From the NCBI RefSeq assembly GCF_964204645.1, contig NC_134033.1, positions 7,758,655 to 7,822,654 of the forward strand: a DNA stretch of 64,000 nucleotides, in the 5' to 3' direction. The position numbers were made by a program, and so were the translations under genes. Of this stretch, positions 51,901-60,900 are shown piece after piece (the first letter of the stretch is position 1; the number at the start of each line of letters is the position of its first letter). The DNA is from Tubulanus polymorphus. Its lineage: Eukaryota > Animalia > Nemertea. The notes below the pieces were generated by a model, which was not told the origin of the DNA, did not search any database, and was given only the letters and a program-made list of their open reading frames with translations.

Positions 51901-54900
51901 TTGAGAGCCGGAGAGATTAAGGCCTCCTGACCTGGTTTTGGCCACATGTCGGGAGGTGACCTCGTCAGGCGCGGTCGCCTTAGGAAACGGAGACGGTAGC
52001 CATGAGAGACGACCCGAGAGGGCCAACCGTCTCTGAAAAGGTCGGACCAGTGGGTTGCTGCCTGCTGTAGACAACCTCCCACTGGTCCCAAGAATTCATT
52101 TCGAGTTTTTCCGAAAGGAAGAGCCCCTTTTTGGAGCCTACCCCTTGCCTCGATACGAACCGGAACTATTACGACTGGACGAGGCTTGACACGATTGTTG
52201 AAGTTGCGTGCTAGTTCTCCAACCGGCATCCGAAGCCGCCTGAGAAAGTGCTGAAGTTTGAGATGGTCCTGTTTGCATCCGTTCCGAACCTTGCACCGCC
52301 GGCGTCGGACCAGAACGCTTTTCCACGTAGTTCGGGGGTTGGACTTGGCCTGGACCTCCCGAATCTTCCTGAGCTCTGCAGAAACCGGAGCGCACCAACA
52401 GGAGAAGAGACGTGAAGACGTCCCCAATGGAGCTCTGAGCAAAGCATTGGACACCATATCCGGTAGACGGGTTTTGGAACTGGAGTCCATAACTGACTGA
52501 CGGGAGGCTAACACAAGATTAGCCTGACCCCGAGGAGCTGCTGTGGGCTTAGCGCGAGTTGCCCCGTGCTTGACAAAGAACTCACTTATCATCGCTCTAA
52601 ATGGCATGTCCCCCGCTGGTTCGGATAAAACTGACAAGGCGGAGATACATTGCGAGCCAGGGAAGTCCCCATCGTCTGGGGCAACCCACAATTGCTGGCG
52701 ACAGGAACGACCCCAGAAGGAATTGCCGCTTCTGGGACCAGATCCTCATTGAAATCAGACCATACCGCAGCATCCAGGAATTCAGAGTCAGAATTCCGAA
52801 GAACTGAGTGGGCTGGCGAACTTCTAACCGGACAATCAGGAATAGGCTTACCTGTTGTGGTGGTTGCAGCGACTTGTTGCGACGATGATAACAAGTTTAA
52901 AATCTTCTCTTCAAATACATGGAAATCCTTCTGAGTCAGGAATTTTCCAGTATCCCGACGATCATGCCGACTTCGGTGATGGTCCCTCGAACGGGATCGG
53001 GACCTACTAGAAGAATCGCCTTCATCGCTAACCGACGTCGACGAACGATGAGAAGACCGACGGCGAAACTTCCTACAATAACTATCGTAATCCCTCTCGC
53101 GATCAAACCTTGATCTGCGAGAAGGAGATCTTGTGCGTTTATAACGCTCACGGCGTATAGATCTAGTGGGAGAGCCGTTCCCGACTACCGCGGCGCGCGC
53201 TCGGTTCAGAACATGTAGTCTGAACTGCCCGACCCGGCCAAACCGGCTGAACCGGTGAACGACCAGAGACCGGTGAACGACTGGAGACCGGTGGCGATGA
53301 ACCAGCGTTCCTCCCCGGTGAACGGAGTTGGGAAGCCGATCATACCAGAACGACCGGCGACCGCTCCGCTATACGATTAGAAATAGAAATAGAGACGTCA
53401 GTTGGCACAATCCCTGCTATTAACTCGACGACGATCTCTTAGTTTAAGAGCCTTATCGGCCCGAAGCCAAAGGTCCTCGGACCACACCTCGCAAACTTTG
53501 CAAGGATTGCTCCTTGCACATATTTGACCGGATTTGCGCCTGCACGACGCACACGAATCGTGATTGTCCCAGGCGCCAAACAAATGCCCGCATCCCTCCC
53601 CACCACAATGTTGACCCTAGGAGGGGGCGGCATAATTATTCTGTCACAATAATACAGAGATGCTAGGGCCAAAGTACCAAAATTCCGGAATTTAGAAGGG
53701 GGGGTCTGGGACAATCACGATTCGTGTGGGTCCCCCATAAAAAATTTTGCGTTTTTGCATCGCCGGAGATGCGTTCTAGAGCGGTCTGGGTGGTCTCGGT
53801 AACTGTTACTACATTTTCAATATTCGGAGCAGCTCCATACAGGACGGATACTTTTACTTCTTTTTCTACTTTTGCCTTCTTATGCCGCGCGCTATCCGGG
53901 TGACGAAGAATATCTTTTTTCTCGCCACTACCGTATTTGACCTGGTCTTTACAAACGACGCAGTACGCCACGCCAGCTAAGTCTAACTTACGAATGTAGT
54001 TCAATAAGTAGTCCCCGTTACTGTCCTTACACTCTTGCCAGTGCCAGTTAAATTTATTTTTTATACCGCTGTCAATTGCCTTTATATCGGCCGACTCCCG
54101 ACTGACAATCTTTCCGTGCGTGCTCATTTTGCAGACCGTCCTGCTTGACAGCTGCAGGTAAAAAGAAAGTTACAAAGCTGCGTGCCTCAGGACATAGCAC
54201 GCACGTGGTAATAATTAAGATGATATTTATTAAATATCATCTTAATTATTACCACGTGCATCTTCACATTGTTGGCCGTCAGCGGGACGACGTACAACAG
54301 CGCGTAAAGATTTGACTTTTAATTGGAAATGGCGTCACAACAGTGGCGCTCCGCCTACGCACGCACAGATACCACAACAAGCACACATATATACATTTTA
54401 GCAGATCGTCCTCGGAAACAGAGACCAAGATAAAATAACACAGAAGCGACGACGAGTACAAGCAAACGAATGCTTTTACGGTCCTTCCATTACTGGTCGC
54501 CGCGAGGAATTCTCACCCAATTTCCGGAAATTACATCGGCGATCCTAAATTTCCGGTATTCTAGCATCTCTGATAATAAATTCAATTCAATTCAATCAAA
54601 TTATATTTGTAAATAAAATTCTTACAGAAAAATAGAAACCAGGGATAACCCCCAAACCGAACGGACTCACCGTTATGAGAGTGAAAACTCCCTAATATCC
54701 TTATTCCCAGATTTTTACGGCGAAAAAATCCAACGCGTTCTACTGCTAGAACGCCAAGAAAAAAGATGGCTGATTTCGCCGGTGGCTAAATGCAATACCG
54801 CAGAGCCGGGTCATATAGAAAAACCATTGGCGATCAATCCAAATTTAGAAAATATTGGCAAAAACCATAGGAAAGGGTACAGTACTCGACGGAAATACAA

Positions 54901-57900
54901 CATTTTTGGTGGAATTTCAGTGGGATTTGCACTACAAGTAATGAAAAAAGCCTTACATGTCTCCCCTTGAACCACGAAATTTTTTGATGCCGAAAGAATG
55001 ATATACAATAATGTTTATGCATATGTGATACCTAGTATGTGTTATTTGTCAAGGGGTTCAGTGCGAGTCGATGTGCACTACGTCATCAATATTGGCATTT
55101 TGAAATGACAATTACAATTGTGAATTTTGGGGTTTATTTTGTACTTAAATATACTTCATATTTTATTTCATTTTTTGATAAATTTTTATAAATATTTTTG
55201 AGAGGAAGTGCACTGTATCATCAGTAATGAGGCTAGACTAGTAGCCAGTCAATTCAATTCAATTATCATTATATTCAAATCCTAAATAAAGCATTCTTAT
55301 CATTATTATGTAATCTATATTATTCTATTTATTGTCGACAATATTAAGCAATAAATTGGTTATGTTTCAAGGCATCAATAAACTTTCAAGTTAGTTCTAT
55401 GTCCATCGATTAACAAGATCTCTGCAAAGCACTATACATGTAGTAATCCCACAGAACTCTGCATGATGATTCATGAATATACGTGGTATTGGTTTTGCCC
55501 AATGACTCAAATAGACACCTTCCGTACAACACAGGTCAAAACAAATCAATACTTCTTATATACCGTACATTGTATGAACTTGAATGCTTAATGATTCGAT
55601 TTATGAGATACACTGTATATGTTTTTTAGACAATCTATTTTAACAAATTGAACGATAACCAAGATTCATTGCACCATTCCTTATTTCACTGCCACGAATC
55701 AATTTTTTCTATTCACTATTCTAAATTCCCTCGACGTGTCCTGAATTGTGTTTGGCTAATGTTTATGTGGTATTAACACGGGATTTGGCCTTTATTTCTG
55801 TAAGCCTCCTTCATGCCCGGTCTCCCTGTGATATGAGACTCTGTCACAGAGCAAACCCCTGCCATAAAGACCAATCCTGCTTAGAGTATATTCAAACTTG
55901 ATGAAATCATTAATTTACCACAGTAAAACCCCAAGTGACTGTCTTGATATTTGAGAAAGGGGAGAAGGCTGTTGGGTGATGCAATATTCAGTAGAGCAAT
56001 ATTCAGTAGAGCCATGTCATGTACCCGTGCATACATACCTGCAACAACAACTTCAGTTTCATAGTGACTTTTGGATCAATCTTCATTCTACTTGATTGTC
56101 GAATTCCATCCCAATTCTTTATTAATTGGTCTCTAACCGGTATGAGGAATTCACTGCAAATAATTTGAGTCAAAGTTTATCTTACACAGTAAAGCCAAGA
56201 CCAGAAAAAATTAATTCAGGACCATGTCCCACATTTGTGATTTACATCAAAGATCAAATGAACTGAACGGTCATTTAAACTATCTAACTGATAAGTCACC
56301 CTGGATTTTTAGCTATAATCATTATCTAATTTCAGAACAAGACTAGTTCCATCAGTCCCAATGATACCGATTTGATTTCAACTCGGATCCTGAGCAAGAA
56401 GCTACCTTTATTTCAAACATAGGCCTTGAATTAGTGGTAACAAATCGATATGCAGAATTTGCAATAATGAAGGTAAGATGAGAGCCCCTGATTTGATGAA
56501 AGAGTGATAATCGCAACAAGCCTGATCTAAGCCTGCCTTAAATCTTGATGGCAAAACCAGGTTCAAGGATATACTGATCACGGATTGTATACAGACCTGA
56601 GTTGAGATTCTGGAATAGCATCCTCTTTCAAAAACTTTTTGAACAAAGTGATGAAATCTTTACCAGCCCTGTAAAATTTAAGACTTTGGTTAGACTTACT
56701 TAAGAAACTAGAGGATCAATTTTTGATTTCATAATCATGGTGAAAACAAATGATTACTCATTTCATCAAGCAAGTTGGTTCATTGTCTATCTATAAGTGC
56801 CCAGGGGGACTACGCCCAATCTGTAACTTTTACTATCATCTTCATGAAGATATTGTCAATTGCAAATATACAATACCTGCTAAATGTAATTTACACTGCA
56901 CAAGTGTATTCAACTAACACCGACACAGTAACTAACCGAGATATGTTTTGGTTACCCAGGCATGTTGTTTGATAATTGTGTCAAACGTTTTCTGGATTCT
57001 ACATATACACCTGGTAACAAACAGATTGAACATGAAGTCTGTCAATTCATTTCAATGTGAGCTATCTTCTCCATACTATTTGCCCTCGAGATCAGAAATT
57101 TGTTAAAAAACACTACTGCATTGATTGCATTGATCTCAAATTTTCAGTCACTACCACAAAGATTAAGAATTTCTTCTCTTTGAAATGTCCTACTCCAAAA
57201 TCCCTTAAGGCTTATGTCGTATATAAATTCAATGAGGATTCCGAGCCACCAGCTATCCCACTAGATGCCGTGCGTATCAGTGTGACAACCCTGTCACAAT
57301 CTAGTTCATGTTCACTTTCATCTAGATTTTTAGCCTTGGAATTGTTGTCTGAATGCACACTAGCAAACCTGGTGGATCCTCGCTTGCCACAAGTGAAACC
57401 CTTATTGCCTCAGTCGAACAAAAAGTCCTCATTGTTCATGTGATGTTAACGTTTCCAATATTAGAAAAACAAAACGATAACTAGCTAAAAGAGTTAAAGA
57501 GCATTGAATAAACAAATCTGCTATAGGACAACATTTACTTGTAGTCAGAACTTCAATGAAGACAATTTCAAGGTTTTAGACAAAGGTAACACTTTCATTG
57601 TAAAATCCTAGAGGCATTGTTTATAAAATTAGAAAAGCCAACTTAAACCAACAATTTTTTCAAAATGAATCCTCATTCATTTTAAATGTACCGGGTATTT
57701 CATTAACCCAGCCTGTTCTGGCTGTTGCCATGTTATATTATGTAATCTACTGCTATTTTATGCACCACCATTGACCTGTTTCTGTAGCTTATATCTACTA
57801 TCGCACTGTAGTCTTGTATCATTTGTGAATTGTCAAATATCAAGACTATGAGCTAAATCGTGTCATTATTATTCCTTAGAAAAAAACCTTTTCCAATCTA

Positions 57901-60900
57901 GGAATGAGTACAGGTGAGACTAAGATTATTCAATATTCAACTCCCCCTGGTGGCAAGAAAAAAGCCTGGGTAACCCCAATTCCACGCGAGGAGATGTATA
58001 CTATGACAGTGATACTATCTATCGAATATTAGGACTATAGCTCGAAATCTGTTTATATTTTCTTCAAAAAACCTTTTCCTATCTACAAACTATACCTTCA
58101 TGACACAGTAGAAGTAGAATCATTTAGTATTCAGAGTTTTACAGAAAGATTTACATTGTAACGATGTTACAAGTTTTAAAATAGTTAAGATGGCATAGGC
58201 TATATGGCGATAATGTTCATTTCCTGATTTTATATTCTCACTTGAAAAAACAATCTCAGCTGCCCCAAACCTCATGACTGTGAAAATGGCACAAATCTTA
58301 CACACAGGTCTACACAGGTCTCATAGTCCTCACCCCTAAAACAAATATACCAAGTCACTAGAAAATCAACAAAAAACTAATGCTAAAATCGTAACAGCTA
58401 GCATGTCTGGATATACAGTGCTTCATCTAGCATTAAAAAAGGGCAGGGTGCTGATTTCAAATAAGGGCATTTTTGTGCGTGATTCCATCGGAGCAAGGGC
58501 ACATAATAACGCACTCACGTCTGTTTTAGGGGCAAACTGCAATGTTCCCTATTGCATAGATCGAGGTACCCCCTACTACGATTGAGGACTAGAAACTATG
58601 TTTAAATCTGATTATGCCATGAGTGACACACTTGACCACAGTACATCCTTACACCTATGCCTGTCAATGAACAAAAGTTAATCTAGATAGGGCTTTCAAA
58701 ATGATTTGGAAAACCAGTTGCAGACAAAAAAATTGCAGAAAAAACCAATCTCAAGTAGCAAATACAGCGAAAAAGAGCCAGCAATTGTGTATAGACCTAC
58801 ATGAAATTGCATATTTTTAATCTTAGAAATATCAAATTAATTGATTTAAATTGATAGTGTTAGTGATTGGCAAGTAACTGTTGATAATTGGTAAGCAGTC
58901 AGCTTAAGAACACATTATTGCTATTAGGCTACTCAAACTAATTGTCTGTGCGAGTCTCTCTGTGAGTTCACCGAACAAATTTTTTCACCTTGTATATAAA
59001 AAATTTGTCTAATAGTCTAGATAAAAAGATCCAGAGCATCACGATGTGTTCAAAACGAAACAATCCATCGAATATACACTACCAGCTTTACAACGGCAGT
59101 CGCTAGAATGATTGGCAGTAGTTTGGAAGTCAGCCAATTTCCTGGAAACTTAAACTAGGCCACGCGTCTGAGGCATGTTTTCACACGATGCACACTGACT
59201 GCAGAACATTTGAATATAACCACTGATCACATGAGCTACTATCGTTGATATCATACGAGATATTTCATAGCCGTTGCAGGAAACTTACTAACAGTCGGAT
59301 GCGTCGGCTTATTTTGAAAGCCCTGACTCATTACTCGTGACTGACAAGGACAGGATGGCGGACCTACGGCAAGTGATGAGGGCACAAGGGCGAGCATGGG
59401 ACACATCTGAAGGGCACAAGGGCGGCTATTATGGGGGCGGGGCGGACCGCCCTTCTATTTTTGGCTCGATGAAGCACTGATATATTCTACTCTCTCTGGG
59501 GCCCGTTGTGCAATGGCAGCTCTGCGTTGATTCAAACTCGTTTTTGAATGGCAAAATTAAACTTTTGGGCATTTTGATCCATCAAATGCCTGTAGAACAG
59601 TGTAAATTACTTAAAACGCCAACTTGAATAAGCACTAAAGCAGCTTATTTTCGTTAACACTAACACACTTTGTTAACACTAAGCAAACTTTAAGGTTCAT
59701 GAACTAAGCATATCAGTACAAAATGAGGAAGAATAATCAGATGAAGTACATAAACTCAGTGGCGTTGAAAGAACAGTGAATGCAGCGGCAAAGCCGCGGT
59801 AATAATTTACTGAATGACGTTTTTTTTTTCTTTGAATACCAATTTTTTTAAAGTAAATTCGCTGCAATCAAAAATTGCTTCCACGTGCCTGAAACTTACT
59901 TCGATGATTTTGATAAACCCGTAAATAATGTTTCTGCAATCTGTAACCATGTGTAAGCTACCAAAGGAGGGTGCAGCCACTGAGCTTCCTCACAAGTTTC
60001 ACTACCTAAAAACTGCTGTGATAATGAATAATGTGTAAAACCGATTTCCACAGACCTAAAAAAGAGAAACATTGAGAAATAGGGGTCCATAAGTTATACT
60101 ATTCAAACGAGAAAATATCACTTATCATGTCATGAGCATTTGGGGGCTTACTATAGATTAAACTTTTTCAATTTTCCAATCACTAATGTAGGAATCCATA
60201 AAAGAACAAACAGTTTCATTTTCCATATATATAAATCATGTTGAATAAGTCGAACGTTTTCTGGTTAACATATACCCCTTCTCAAGACAAGTAACAAATG
60301 ATGCAAAACTACAGTATGTTAAGATATAAGTTTACAGAAACAGGTCAACAGTGGTGCTTCAAATAGCAGAAGATTACATAATATAACCTGGCATCAACCA
60401 GGACAGATCAGGTTAACGAAATACATTTAAAATGAATGAGGATCCATTTTGAAACAATTGTAAGTTCAAAGACGGCTTTTCTAATTTAATAAACAAGGCC
60501 TCTCGGATTTTACATTCAAAGTCTGAGTTAGCTTTGTCTAAAATCTTGAATTTGTTTTCATTGAAGTCCTAACTACAAGTGGAACAGATAGATAAATGTT
60601 GTCCTATAGCGGATTTGTTTGTCCGATGCTCTTTAACTCTCGTAGCTACATGTCGTTTTGTTTTTCCTATGTAGGAAACGTTTACATCACATTAACAATT
60701 GAATTTGTATACAACATTAGCCTTAAGGGATTTAGGAGTAGGACATTTCAATGAGAAGAAATTCTTAATCTTTGTGGTAGTGAATGAGCACTTGAGATCA
60801 ATGCAATAATGTTTTTTGAACAAATTTCTGATCTTACAGGCAAATAGTATGGAGGGGTAGCCCACATATGGAATTGAGATAAATTGAGAAACTTCATCGC

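Larger units (their letters stand above)
48610..54897 (-). mobile_element. DIRS1-like tyrosine-recombinase retrotransposon, structurally complete but with frameshifts
   Basis: Left ITR about 54760-54897, right ITR plus extension 48610-48773, ICR 48831-48928; gag, RT/RH/MT and YR domains. Confidence 0.95.
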
